A DNA stretch of 64,000 nucleotides from Candidatus Helarchaeota archaeon (GTDB lineage Archaea > Asgardarchaeota > Lokiarchaeia > Helarchaeales > RDOG01), in assembly GCA_029838215.1 (NCBI GenBank), contig JALGVI010000003.1, positions 32,001 to 96,000 on the forward strand, written 5' to 3'. Below are positions 53,768-63,899 of this stretch, piece after piece. The translations under genes were made by a program, and so were the position numbers. How positions within the stretch are numbered: the stretch's first letter is position 1; every line of letters begins with the position of its first letter. The notes under the pieces are model-generated. The model searched no databases, was not told where the DNA came from, and saw nothing but the letters and a program-made list of their open reading frames with translations.

Positions 53768-53974
53768 ACTTCTCCTTTCATTTTTTCTTATCAAACAAAA
53801 CCGAATCCATCTCATTCCTAATTTTTTTCAATTCTCTGATTTTTGATATTTTAAAATCCAAAATTAATGATTTTAAGACGTCCCGGATCCGTAATAAGTA
53901 TTTTAAGTCACGAATGACATATCCGTGAATAAACTAATTTACTAATCTTTGCAAAATACTTAAGAGGTTAAATA

Positions 53975-55987
53975 ATGGCGAAGTCTCCCTTCAAAAAAAT
54001 GTTTGACATCAAAGCAAACTATTACCCGAAAGATCGACTTTCGATCGTTTATGGAAAAAAACACCTGACATGGAAAGAAGAACAGGCTAGAATCAATAAG
54101 CTTGCATACATGCTCAAGAAAAAATATAAAGTGATAAAAGGCGATAAGGTCGCAGTTTTAATGCATAATCGACCTGAATTCGTTGAAGCGAATCTCGCTC
54201 TTCAGACTTTAGGCGCGATTCCCGTTCCTGTCAACTATCGTTATGTTGCATCCGAATTGGAATTCTTATTGAATAATTGCGATGCAATTGGGATCATCTT
54301 TGAAGAAAGTGCTACTGATATTGTAATGGGTGCTAAACCTTCATCTCCAAACGTCCGTTTTTACATCTGTGTTGGTGAAACAATACCTGAAGGAATGGAT
54401 AAATATGATGGCGTTTTGGCGGCAGGTAAAAACAAGGACATTAAAGTAAACGTGGATCCTGATGACGTTGCCGTAATTATTTATACAGGCGGCACGACAG
54501 GTCGTCCAAAAGGTGTAATGCTCACTTATGAGAATATGCTCGTTAATCAAGAAGCCACGATCAAGCTTTTGGTGACTTTCTTGCCTTCGGTTGATGACAT
54601 TGATTATCCAAAATACGCAAGAAGCAAGGGTGAAGCAAAATTAATGAACGTTTTGAATCTTTTAATCGGGCAAATGTATCAAAATCTTTTTAAAGGTCCA
54701 GAAGATCGGAAAATATTAGTTTTCGACATTGGAACTAAGACAGGTGTGGACATTCCACCGATGACCATTCGGCAAGTTGAAGAAAAAGTAAAGATTTTCA
54801 ACGGAAAACCTGAAAAATATGACGTCCTATTTCGTGGTTCAATTTTCGATCAAATGCGGGATTTTATCAACCTTCTTCCAAAATCGTATAGCAAGAAGGG
54901 CAAACTAAGTCTTCTTCCCACGTTGATCTGGAAATTCCTTTTAGGCGGAGTCAAGTTAGAAGGGTCTTTTGGAGACCGAATGGCAATGATTAATTCGCTA
55001 ATGGCAAAACCTGACGATGATAGCCTCCAAAGAATGTTATTGACTCCTCCGATGTTCCATCTGGCTGCGTATGCATTGTGGACTTTCAACTGGCTGATCT
55101 CCGGTGCTCTAATTGTCATTCCTGAAAGTGAAAGTTTCGTTCCCCAAGAGATAATTGAACTCTCAAATAGAGAGAATATAACATGGACATTTTTCGTGCC
55201 AACACAATGGAAGCGAATAATCAAATATCTTGAGAAAGAACACCCTGATTTCAAGTTGGATTCTCTAAAAGTTGCATTCTCGGGTGCCGCCTTACTTAGG
55301 GCTAAAGTGAAGAAACAAATTCTTAAATACTTCCCTGAAGTTCTAATAATTGATGTCTTTGGTCAAACGGAAATGGCTCCCGCTGCATCCGTGAAAATTG
55401 ATGGTGATGAATCATCTCTTAGAGATCGATCCGTGGGGCAAGTCGTTCCCAACATCGAAATAAAAATTGTCGATGAAAACGGAAATGAAGTACCTGAAGG
55501 CGTTACTGGGGAGATTTATTATCGTGGACCAAACGTGATGAAAGGGTATTACGGTGATGCGGAAAAAACTGCTGCAACAATCGATGAAGACGGCTGGTTG
55601 CATTCAGGTGATTTAGGTTATTTTAAGAATGGCGAGTTGTACACTGTCGATAGAAAGAAAGAATGCATAAATACCGGTGGAGAAAAAGTCTTTCCACTTG
55701 AAGTAGAGGAAATCATTGTTGAGCATCCTGGCGTGAAAGAAGTTTGCGTTATCGGCGTGCCTGATGAGGATTGGGGCTCAACTGTTCGGGCGATCGTGAT
55801 TCCTGAAGAAGGTGCCAAACCAACAGCACAAGAAATCATGGATTTCTGTAAGGGTAAAATGGCGGGTTATAAAAAGCCAAGATCCGTGGTCTTCGTCAAG
55901 GAGTTCCCATTAAACCCTGTTGGAAAAGTTCTTAGGCAAAAAATACGCGAATTATATGGAAAACCGGACCAACCACAAGAAGCTTGA
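53975..55987 (+). CDS. Long-chain acyl-CoA synthetase (ANL family) with an internal SCP2-like insertion
   Basis: YTGGTTGRPKG, PMFH, FGQTE, HSGDLG, DRKKECI.TGGEKV and NPVGKVLR motifs, with about 145 extra aa between the P-loop and PMFH. Confidence 0.92.
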   Translation: MAKSPFKKMFDIKANYYPKDRLSIVYGKKHLTWKEEQARINKLAYMLKKKYKVIKGDKVAVLMHNRPEFVEANLALQTLGAIPVPVNYRYVASELEFLLNNCDAIGIIFEESATDIVMGAKPSSPNVRFYICVGETIPEGMDKYDGVLAAGKNKDIKVNVDPDDVAVIIYTGGTTGRPKGVMLTYENMLVNQEATIKLLVTFLPSVDDIDYPKYARSKGEAKLMNVLNLLIGQMYQNLFKGPEDRKILVFDIGTKTGVDIPPMTIRQVEEKVKIFNGKPEKYDVLFRGSIFDQMRDFINLLPKSYSKKGKLSLLPTLIWKFLLGGVKLEGSFGDRMAMINSLMAKPDDDSLQRMLLTPPMFHLAAYALWTFNWLISGALIVIPESESFVPQEIIELSNRENITWTFFVPTQWKRIIKYLEKEHPDFKLDSLKVAFSGAALLRAKVKKQILKYFPEVLIIDVFGQTEMAPAASVKIDGDESSLRDRSVGQVVPNIEIKIVDENGNEVPEGVTGEIYYRGPNVMKGYYGDAEKTAATIDEDGWLHSGDLGYFKNGELYTVDRKKECINTGGEKVFPLEVEEIIVEHPGVKEVCVIGVPDEDWGSTVRAIVIPEEGAKPTAQEIMDFCKGKMAGYKKPRSVVFVKEFPLNPVGKVLRQKIRELYGKPDQPQEA

Positions 55988-55992
55988 ACCAA

Positions 55993-56044
55993 TTTTAACT
56001 TCTCTTTTTATTTTATTTGCTTTTTTTTATTTTTTTTCTATTTT
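55993..56044 (+). terminator. Oligo(T) tract, putative archaeal terminator
   Basis: About 50 nt of near-continuous T runs directly after the ligase stop codon. Confidence 0.5.
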
Positions 56045-56090
56045 GAAGCATCAATATATTTTTGAGGATCTTCTCCGAAAGAAAGAATTG

Positions 56091-56606
56091 ATGGTATTGC
56101 CTGAAAAAGCTCTCGAATTTGCACGACAAAAACATGCCGGACAAAGAAGAAAAGTGAGCAACGCCGAGTATGTCGTCCATCCAATAAACGTAGCAAAAAT
56201 TCTTGAGAAATATGGCTGTCAAGAACCATTCCTAAGTGCTGCACTTCTACATGATACGATCGAAGATACTTCGACAACCTATGACGAAATTTTGGTTCAA
56301 TTTGGACGCGATATTGCTGACTTGGTTCGAGAACTCACGAACGATAAGAGAGAAATAAAAAAAATTGGCAAGACGCAATATCTACTAGAAAAATTAAAAA
56401 ACATGAGTTCCAAAGCACTCACGATAAAATTAGCCGATCGATTGGATAATATTCGTGATTTACATTTGGCATCTAAAGAGTTTCGGGAGCGATATTATAC
56501 TGAAACAAAAGAAATTCTCCAGAATTTGCGTGGCAGCCTGACATCTCTACAACAAGAACTCCGAAAACAAATACTTGAAACTCTGGATGATCTGAACATG
56601 TCTTGA
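56091..56606 (+). CDS. Stand-alone RelA/SpoT-type HD hydrolase (Mesh1/small alarmone hydrolase-like)
   Basis: FARQKHAGQRRK...EYVVHP, LLHDTIEDT and KLADRLDN. Start moved from 55920 to MVLPEK. Confidence 0.88.
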   Translation: MVLPEKALEFARQKHAGQRRKVSNAEYVVHPINVAKILEKYGCQEPFLSAALLHDTIEDTSTTYDEILVQFGRDIADLVRELTNDKREIKKIGKTQYLLEKLKNMSSKALTIKLADRLDNIRDLHLASKEFRERYYTETKEILQNLRGSLTSLQQELRKQILETLDDLNMS

Positions 56607-56634
56607 AAGCTCCATGTTTTTAATATTAGAATGA

Positions 56635-57690
56635 ATGACCGAGCGTGAAAACGTGCCAACGAGCATTCTCAAGTTAGAAGGACAAACTGTCTACTTTAAA
56701 TCAAGTGAAGCCATGGATGAACTCGATTCAGAAACTGTCCAATTAATAGTTACTTCTCCACCTTACTGGAACGTCAGGGACTATGGAGGAGAACAATTGG
56801 GATTTGGACAATCCTATCAAGAATATGTCAAGTCATTGAATCGAGTCTGGAATGAATGCATCCGAGTTTTGAAACCAAATGGGAAAATCGCTGTAAATTT
56901 CCAACCGTTACCAATCAATTCAAAAAACAGCGGCTTTAATCGTCGCGTTATTAAAAATATCATGCATGACGTGGAAAAATTCATGCAAGAAAGCGGGCTT
57001 TATTTAAGTTCCATGTTTTTCTGGGATAAATCTGAGTATATTAATACCGTCAGCTGGGGAAGTTACCCTAAACCCACGAATATTTACTCAAACACGAGTT
57101 TTGAAGAAATCTTTATTTGGGTAAAACCCGGGAACACGAGAAAGATACCGAAGGAGATTCTTGATCGTAACCTCTTGTCAAAGGAAGAATGGCGGCATTG
57201 GGCAGTTCGCTGCATTTGGGACGATATTAGTCCTGTTATTAAAATAAATTCAAAAGGTGAAAATCGATTCGGTCATTCTGCCCCTTTTCCTGAAGATATT
57301 CCTTATCGCGTAATAAAAATGCATACAGTTGAAGGAGAACTTGTCCTTGATCCTTTTCTAGGGTCAGGAACTACTTTAAAAATGTGTAGAATTCTTAATA
57401 GAAAAGGGATTGGATACGAAATCAATTCGAAATTTCGCAGCTTGATTGAGAATCGAATTCAAGAAGACTGGACGCCACCTTCAATTGAACCTCAATACAA
57501 GACCATTGGTACAACGACTTTTGGAAAAATATTAACTGACGTGATTGAAGAAACGCTGGCTTACTTGGAAGATGAAAAATTGATAGAAAAAACACCTGAA
57601 ACCCTGACACCTTTAAAAAGCAGGATTCTTAAAAAACTTGAGAAAAAATACCCGAGACTTCTCTCAAAAGCATTTTTAAAGAAGGTTTGA
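56635..57690 (+). CDS. Beta-class site-specific DNA methyltransferase (likely N4-cytosine)
   Basis: TSPPY catalytic motif precedes the DPFLGSGTT SAM motif; HSAPFP. Confidence 0.9.
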   Translation: MTERENVPTSILKLEGQTVYFKSSEAMDELDSETVQLIVTSPPYWNVRDYGGEQLGFGQSYQEYVKSLNRVWNECIRVLKPNGKIAVNFQPLPINSKNSGFNRRVIKNIMHDVEKFMQESGLYLSSMFFWDKSEYINTVSWGSYPKPTNIYSNTSFEEIFIWVKPGNTRKIPKEILDRNLLSKEEWRHWAVRCIWDDISPVIKINSKGENRFGHSAPFPEDIPYRVIKMHTVEGELVLDPFLGSGTTLKMCRILNRKGIGYEINSKFRSLIENRIQEDWTPPSIEPQYKTIGTTTFGKILTDVIEETLAYLEDEKLIEKTPETLTPLKSRILKKLEKKYPRLLSKAFLKKV

Positions 57691-57754
57691 GAGATATATC
57701 AATAATTAAGATATTTTTGTAGAAAAAAATTTCATTTTTAACTGAGGTGAAGAA

Positions 57755-58567
57755 ATGCCGCACGTAAAATTAAAGAATGGTTATAAAGTCCATTATATTG
57801 AAAATGGAACTGGAATGCCGGTTGTTTTCATACATGGTTTTTTAGGATCATCTTGGCTTTTTGAAGCTCAAATTGAGCATTTTTCGAAAAATTATCGTGC
57901 CATTGCAATCGATCATCTTGGTCATGGAAAGTCGGATAAGCCTGAAGAAGAACAATATAAACTCTCGGATCTTGCTAAATATCTTGACGAAGTTCTTCAA
58001 CAAATCGTTGGCGATGAGAAGATCGTGCTTGCAGGACATAGTATGGGAGGAATGATCTCGCTAATATATGCAACGACACCTGATTTTGCAAGAAGATTAC
58101 GGGGATTAATTTTAATGTCAACGGCTCCAAAACTTCAAAATCCCGGTCTCATCAAATATATTGAAGATATTGATGCTGGAAATTTGAAAATCGTAGAACG
58201 AGATTCCGTATCCACGATCTTGGTGGATTTGTGCTTTCATCGTTCATATAAGCGAGCTCATAAAGATCTTGTCAAGGAGTTCATAGATCTCACATTGGAA
58301 AACAAAGAATTCGTCGGAGTTCGGACGATGCACTCTATCGTTCTGGATTATAATGTGGAAGATAAATTAAAGACGATCTCCGTTCCAACATTAATCTTGA
58401 CAGGTGATAAGGACATCTTCATACTTCCGAAAGAGTCTGAATTAATGAATGAACTCATCCCTAATTCGAAATTAGTTAAATTCTCACCAAAAATAGGTCA
58501 CATGATCCAATTTGAGGCACGAGAAGAATATCATAAAGCTGTCGATGAATTCTTACAACAAATTTAA
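57755..58567 (+). CDS. Alpha/beta hydrolase
   Basis: FIHGF, DHLGHGKS, GHSMGG, GDKD and IGHMI motifs; GAGGTGA SD upstream. Confidence 0.92.
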   Translation: MPHVKLKNGYKVHYIENGTGMPVVFIHGFLGSSWLFEAQIEHFSKNYRAIAIDHLGHGKSDKPEEEQYKLSDLAKYLDEVLQQIVGDEKIVLAGHSMGGMISLIYATTPDFARRLRGLILMSTAPKLQNPGLIKYIEDIDAGNLKIVERDSVSTILVDLCFHRSYKRAHKDLVKEFIDLTLENKEFVGVRTMHSIVLDYNVEDKLKTISVPTLILTGDKDIFILPKESELMNELIPNSKLVKFSPKIGHMIQFEAREEYHKAVDEFLQQI

Positions 58568-58591
58568 CTAAACCTTTCTCATTTTTTTCTT

Positions 58592-61165
58592 TTACTTTGA
58601 CAGACGTAATTTTCTCTTTGCTTTTTGATGGCGTTTTTCAATGAGTTCTCGCGTTGCTCGAAAAACATGCTTTTGTTCTTTTTCATTCAATTTGAGAATG
58701 TCAAAAATTATTTCATCAAATGGATTTGACCGAGCACTTGAAGTTCTTGTCATGGTGTCTTGCAAGGGTAAGTCTTGGTAAGTCTTAACGAGCATTGTTT
58801 CAAGATGAATTTCTTGAAAAAATTCTTTTCTAATGACGGGTATTTGGCGATAGTCCGTGGGATCGATCTTTAGGAGTCCGCCACCGAGATTTCTCTTTCC
58901 AAATAGCTCCATGAAAAGCCACCCTACAATCGAATTAAAAAAAATCCATAATGGATGGCTGTACTCTTTATCTTTCAGCCGAATTTCCGTGAAACTATTG
59001 CTTGTGATTGCTTTAGCATCATTTATTGTGCAAAAATGTTTTGTTCCGACTCCACACGGTAAAATTAAGTCTGCAGGAATCCTTACCGGTATTTTCCACC
59101 ATTCTTTTTTCCGGGAAAGTGTTTTTGTTTGATTAATTCCTGTTCGTTCAGCCCATCTAATATATCCTAATGCTTTCGTGCCTTGAAGTTCTTCTCGGGA
59201 CTTTGGGCAGTAGAAGAAATATCTTGGTACTTGCTCCGATAATAGGACTAAACTTCTGACATCTCGTGTTGTTTTTAATCCCAATTTCAAAAACTCTGCT
59301 TCAAGAGAATATTTCCGTGCAGTTTCTTGTAATGGATAAAAGAATTCATTGGCACCTGTTGATTTTCCTTCATTCACTTCAAGGTTTTGAATTGCTCCTA
59401 ATTGAATGAAAATCTCGGCATTTTTTTCGATAATGATATGAAAGATATTCGGAGCGTGAAAAAAATAAGTTCCCCATTTTAAACCAAAATATTGCGTATC
59501 TGTCCCAGTTTCACCCCTTATTTTGCACGCTTTTTTAAACAAGTCGCCTTGTTCTACTTGAATTTCTTTCCACTCTGGCTTAGCGGCTGTGTCAATGTGT
59601 GTGTTGAATTTCCTAATTGACTTTTTTGAAATAACGTCTTTAAAACTAGATCTCAGATGAATGAAACGGACGGAGTTACTAAAAAGAACTTCACTTCCCT
59701 TAGGTGCCTGCAAAAACGTAATTATTGTATTTATTTCTGCATCAAAGGTCTTTTTTGTGGGATTTATGATGGTAAGTATTTTAATATGGGTGAGAAGAAA
59801 TTCTTGAAATTTCCTTCCGTATTCCGTATCTAGCCATGAATTCGTCGTGATAAAGCAAAGAATGCCTCTTGGTTTTAAACGAGCCAAAAAATGATAAAAA
59901 AAATACATGCAATAGTCTGAACGTCCACTTACTTGAACATTTTCATTCCAGAGTGAATTGAGTTTCTGAATAATGCCTTTCTTGTATTGTTTGATCTCTC
60001 GATTACTGGGATTGGTGATGTTTGAAGGCACGATTTTTTCCTTTTCCACGTAAGGAGGATTTCCAATAATAATATCAAATTTAGTACCATTCCAATTCAG
60101 ATCATCGATAAGTGCATCTCCTTCAAGCAAATTGAATGACATTTCTGTTAAAGAAATATCACCAAGGTCAATATTTGATTCTTGAGAAATTGACATTAAA
60201 AACAATCTCAACTTGGTGAGCATCAGGGACCATGTCTGAATTTCGATTCCATGAATTGATTCTTGAATTATTTGCCTAATGATTTTTGAAGGATTGATCT
60301 TTTTTCCCATTAAATCATGAAGCTTCTCCTGAATTTCTTTCAGGATCATGATCATTCCGGTTAGAAATGAGCCTGATCCGCACGCAGGATCGAGAATTCG
60401 TAATTTCCCTAGCATCTCAATGATTTTAGTAAGGACTTCTTTGGATGCTTCACGTATTTCAAAATCGAAGACGATTTGCAAGACCTGTTCATTCGAGAGT
60501 TCACTTGAAGTGGACAACCAATAGTATAATGCTTGACGGCACATGAAATCAATTTCTGCAGGAGGCGTGAAAAAAACACCCGTCCGTAATCGATTTTCTT
60601 CCCATAAGGTATTTTCATGAATGTATCCCAAAATGTCGGGACATATACTACTGGATGTCTCACTTAACGGTTCTTCTTTCAAAGTGAATTCAAATGTTAA
60701 TCCTAATTCCTTGATAATCTCCGAAAATAAATTATCTGGTAAGTGTATCGAGAATATTTCTATTGGTATTGCATTTAAAACTTCATTCAATTGGGGAACT
60801 CTATCGAGAACGGTATCAAACCATTCTTTATAACTCAAAAATTCACGAAATTCAAATTCATCCAATTTTTTTTTCAACAAGACTGAAGCAAGGACATCTT
60901 TGAAAAATGCATTTCTGCTTCCAAATTGATGTCTATATTGATTGAATATCTCATGTAGAGTGATTTTTTTCAATTCTGGTGAATATATTTGCAGTTTTTC
61001 CATGAAAAAGATTATTATGATAAAGTCAATGGTTTTCTGAGCAAGTTCATAAATTTCCGTGTTTGAGTGTTCTTCTTTTTTTATGGGTAATTGGATGATT
61101 TTTCGGAGGATTCGCTTGTATTTTTGAAGAAATTTCCCATATAGCTCAAATTTGCGCTGACTCAC
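58592..61165 (-). CDS. Eco57I/Type IIG-like N6-adenine DNA methyltransferase with target-recognition domain and no evident nuclease domain
   Basis: GVFFTP, DPACGSGSFL, GNPPY and C-terminal NLGGGLLKIDP TRD. The N-terminus starts at the helical connector, with no PD-(D/E)xK motif recognised. Confidence 0.85.
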   Translation of the reverse strand: MSQRKFELYGKFLQKYKRILRKIIQLPIKKEEHSNTEIYELAQKTIDFIIIIFFMEKLQIYSPELKKITLHEIFNQYRHQFGSRNAFFKDVLASVLLKKKLDEFEFREFLSYKEWFDTVLDRVPQLNEVLNAIPIEIFSIHLPDNLFSEIIKELGLTFEFTLKEEPLSETSSSICPDILGYIHENTLWEENRLRTGVFFTPPAEIDFMCRQALYYWLSTSSELSNEQVLQIVFDFEIREASKEVLTKIIEMLGKLRILDPACGSGSFLTGMIMILKEIQEKLHDLMGKKINPSKIIRQIIQESIHGIEIQTWSLMLTKLRLFLMSISQESNIDLGDISLTEMSFNLLEGDALIDDLNWNGTKFDIIIGNPPYVEKEKIVPSNITNPSNREIKQYKKGIIQKLNSLWNENVQVSGRSDYCMYFFYHFLARLKPRGILCFITTNSWLDTEYGRKFQEFLLTHIKILTIINPTKKTFDAEINTIITFLQAPKGSEVLFSNSVRFIHLRSSFKDVISKKSIRKFNTHIDTAAKPEWKEIQVEQGDLFKKACKIRGETGTDTQYFGLKWGTYFFHAPNIFHIIIEKNAEIFIQLGAIQNLEVNEGKSTGANEFFYPLQETARKYSLEAEFLKLGLKTTRDVRSLVLLSEQVPRYFFYCPKSREELQGTKALGYIRWAERTGINQTKTLSRKKEWWKIPVRIPADLILPCGVGTKHFCTINDAKAITSNSFTEIRLKDKEYSHPLWIFFNSIVGWLFMELFGKRNLGGGLLKIDPTDYRQIPVIRKEFFQEIHLETMLVKTYQDLPLQDTMTRTSSARSNPFDEIIFDILKLNEKEQKHVFRATRELIEKRHQKAKRKLRLSK

Positions 61166-61238
61166 TCTTCTTTTGGCTCCTTTAACGAAGTCCCTTTAAA
61201 TTAAGCTTGAAATCATGAGTTTTTATTGCTTCGCAACT

Positions 61239-62486
61239 TTACTCAAATAAGAAAACCCTGACTTTTTCCCCTTTTGGAACGATTGAAACTAGTTCAGGGA
61301 TTTCTATATAACCATCAGCTTTTGCAAGTGTTGTAATTGATTCAGATCCTGTAGGAATTGGATATATTTTAAACATGCCCGCTTCCTCTTTCACGGATAC
61401 CATTTTAAATTCAAGCCTGCCCTGTTCTGAATAGATACGCTTTGCAGTCTCGCCTTCAAGCGTTCGTTTTGTTTCTTTTGGTAAACGTGCTGCCTTATTG
61501 ATTAATGGAGTAATGAATTGATTAAAAATTGTTAGACAACTAGTCGGATACCCTGGGAGAATAATAATGATCTTTACATTTTCTTCCACGTTGACGGCAC
61601 AAATAAGTGTCGGTTTTCCTGGTTTGATTTGAATCCCGTGAATTAAGAAGATGATATCATCTAATTGTTTAACAATAGCGGGAAGATAGTCTCCAATACC
61701 TTTCGACGTGCCCCCTGAGAAAATAATAAAATCTGATTCTTTCAGTTCTCGTTTGAGAACCGTTTTTAATGAGTTTGGATCGTCTTTCAAGATTCCCTTA
61801 AAAATTGGTTGTCCACCAGCTCGTATTATGGCATGGTACAATGTAGTTGAATTAATGTCGTATATTTTCCCTGGTAATAATGGCTCTCCAGGGGTTAGAA
61901 CCTCGTCTCCGGTGCTATATATGACTATTTTTGGTTTATTATAAACCTTTACTTGAGTCATTCCAACCGCACTTAAGACTCCCAAATCTCGAACGGTGAG
62001 AATTTTTCTTTTTGAAAGGATTTTTTCACCTTTTTTCACGTCAGTCCCTATCTTGATGACGTATTGCCCTGGGGAAACCGCTTGAAATATCTTAACTTTA
62101 TTTTCTAATTCTTCAACATTTTCAATCATGACTACTGCGTCTGCACCTTCGGGCAAGGGGGCACCTGTTGCGATTTTTACACATTGAGACTCTTGAACTG
62201 TTCCCTCGAAAGTCGCCCCTGCAGGAACTTCTCCAATTTTATTCAAGGTCACAGGAGTAGTTTCTGTGGCTTCAAATGTATCCCGTGCAACAACAGCATA
62301 TCCATCCATGCGAGATTTGATAAAATGAGGAACATTAATAGGAGCGAAAATATTGTCTGCCAGGACTCGGTTTTGAGCATCATTCAAATCAACAAGCTCT
62401 GTTTCGCGTGCAAGCCAAACAAGTCCGCTTAAGATATTTTCTACTTCTGTCTTAGTAATTGCCTGATAGAACCTTTCGTTTCCCAC
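61239..62486 (-). CDS. moeA: Molybdopterin molybdotransferase MoeA
   Basis: SRMDGYAV, TGAPLP.GADAVVMIE, STGDE, SGGTSKG and IKPGKP motifs. Confidence 0.93.
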   Translation of the reverse strand: MGNERFYQAITKTEVENILSGLVWLARETELVDLNDAQNRVLADNIFAPINVPHFIKSRMDGYAVVARDTFEATETTPVTLNKIGEVPAGATFEGTVQESQCVKIATGAPLPEGADAVVMIENVEELENKVKIFQAVSPGQYVIKIGTDVKKGEKILSKRKILTVRDLGVLSAVGMTQVKVYNKPKIVIYSTGDEVLTPGEPLLPGKIYDINSTTLYHAIIRAGGQPIFKGILKDDPNSLKTVLKRELKESDFIIFSGGTSKGIGDYLPAIVKQLDDIIFLIHGIQIKPGKPTLICAVNVEENVKIIIILPGYPTSCLTIFNQFITPLINKAARLPKETKRTLEGETAKRIYSEQGRLEFKMVSVKEEAGMFKIYPIPTGSESITTLAKADGYIEIPELVSIVPKGEKVRVFLFE

Positions 62487-62495
62487 AATATCACC

Positions 62496-63740
62496 TCAAA
62501 ATTTCACGGATAATGGAAGGTACAAGGATATCTCAACTTCAGTGTCCTTTTCGAACCCTTCCACATTCTCTGGGATTTCAAGAACACCATCGGCTCTTGT
62601 TGTTGAGCTAATAATACCTGCTGCTTTAATTCGCACGCTTGTCGCTTCTAATATATTTCCACTCTTATCTATCCTCACCCGAACGAAATCACGTCTTCCC
62701 AATTTTGATGGTATGGCTGTTCGAAGTCTTGCTTTTACTTTCGGTCGTGGATCTGTTACTGATGCTCCTTGCATTTTTCGTATTGTCGGTCCCGTAAACA
62801 CTTCAAAAGCAATCATCGTAGATACTGGAAATCCCGGCAAGCAAAATATCAAATTGTCTTGGACTTTTCCCACTGCAATTGGGCTTCCAGGGCGCATCGA
62901 AACGCCGTGAAATAATATTTCTCCTTCTTCTTGAAGGATTAATGGTAAGTAATCCCTTTCACCAACTGAAGTTCCTCCCGAAAAAACAACGATATCTGCA
63001 TCGAGGGCCGAATGAAGTGCATTTTTTAAAATATCTTTATCATCCTGAATGATGCCCCTCTTTATTGGCACTCCGCCGTATAATTCTGTATAAGACTTAA
63101 TTAAACATGAATTAGTTTCAATGATTTGCCCGATTTTAGGCGTTTTTCCTGGTTCAATTAATTCACTTCCCGTGGATATTATTGCAACTCGGGGTTGTTT
63201 ATAGACTGGGATTTCAATGATCCCACTAGAAATAAGGATTGTAAGATCTTGCGGTCTAAGCGCGTGCCCTTTTTTTAAAAGAAGATCTCCTTTTTTTACA
63301 TCTTCGCCTAATTTCATGACGTGTTTACCCGGAACTGTGGGAAAATGAATTTCCAATTGTCCATTTTCTTCTTCTGCCTCTTCAATCTTGATGACTGCGT
63401 TTGCTCCCTTGGGAATGGGTGATCCCGTGGCTACCTGAATCGCCGTGCCCGAGTGAACTTCTTTTTGTGAGGTTTCATAAATTTGAATTTGATCAATGAT
63501 TTGCATTCTTGCAGGGTTAGTTTGACTACACCCAAATGTGTCTTCGGCTCGAACGGCATATCCGTCCATTGCCGACCGTTCAAAATGAGGAATGTTTACC
63601 CGTGAATGAATGTCTTTTGCCACAACTCTTCTTAATGCAGAATCTACGTTGATAATTTCCTCTGGCATTAACTTGAAATGTGTTTCTAAGATTCTCCATG
63701 CATCCTGAATGGATACTAATTGTCTAAATCCATCTTTCAT
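62496..63740 (-). CDS. moeA: Molybdopterin molybdotransferase MoeA (second paralogue)
   Basis: RSAMDGYAV, STGSEL, SGGTSVGERD, MRPGSP and LPGFPVS motifs. Confidence 0.94.
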   Translation of the reverse strand: MKDGFRQLVSIQDAWRILETHFKLMPEEIINVDSALRRVVAKDIHSRVNIPHFERSAMDGYAVRAEDTFGCSQTNPARMQIIDQIQIYETSQKEVHSGTAIQVATGSPIPKGANAVIKIEEAEEENGQLEIHFPTVPGKHVMKLGEDVKKGDLLLKKGHALRPQDLTILISSGIIEIPVYKQPRVAIISTGSELIEPGKTPKIGQIIETNSCLIKSYTELYGGVPIKRGIIQDDKDILKNALHSALDADIVVFSGGTSVGERDYLPLILQEEGEILFHGVSMRPGSPIAVGKVQDNLIFCLPGFPVSTMIAFEVFTGPTIRKMQGASVTDPRPKVKARLRTAIPSKLGRRDFVRVRIDKSGNILEATSVRIKAAGIISSTTRADGVLEIPENVEGFEKDTEVEISLYLPLSVKF

Positions 63741-63899
63741 TCGTTTAAAGCTCCATCCAAGTCAAATCATTTACATGTATTTAGTCTTTTAACAAGTTAA
63801 TTCTCAAATATTTCTATGGTCTGATGCCTTAAAAATGAGATAGCGACTAAAAAAAAAGGAAATTTAGACTTTTTAAGACAGTTATCCACACGAGCGAAT

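Noticed and set aside
55920-56090. Apparent N-terminal TM segment on the HD hydrolase
   Set aside because: The hydrophobic stretch is the translated oligo(T) tract after the ligase. The real start is probably 56091.
61239-63740. Tandem moeA duplication
   Set aside because: Two MoeA paralogues are common in archaea and both look intact and ordinary.
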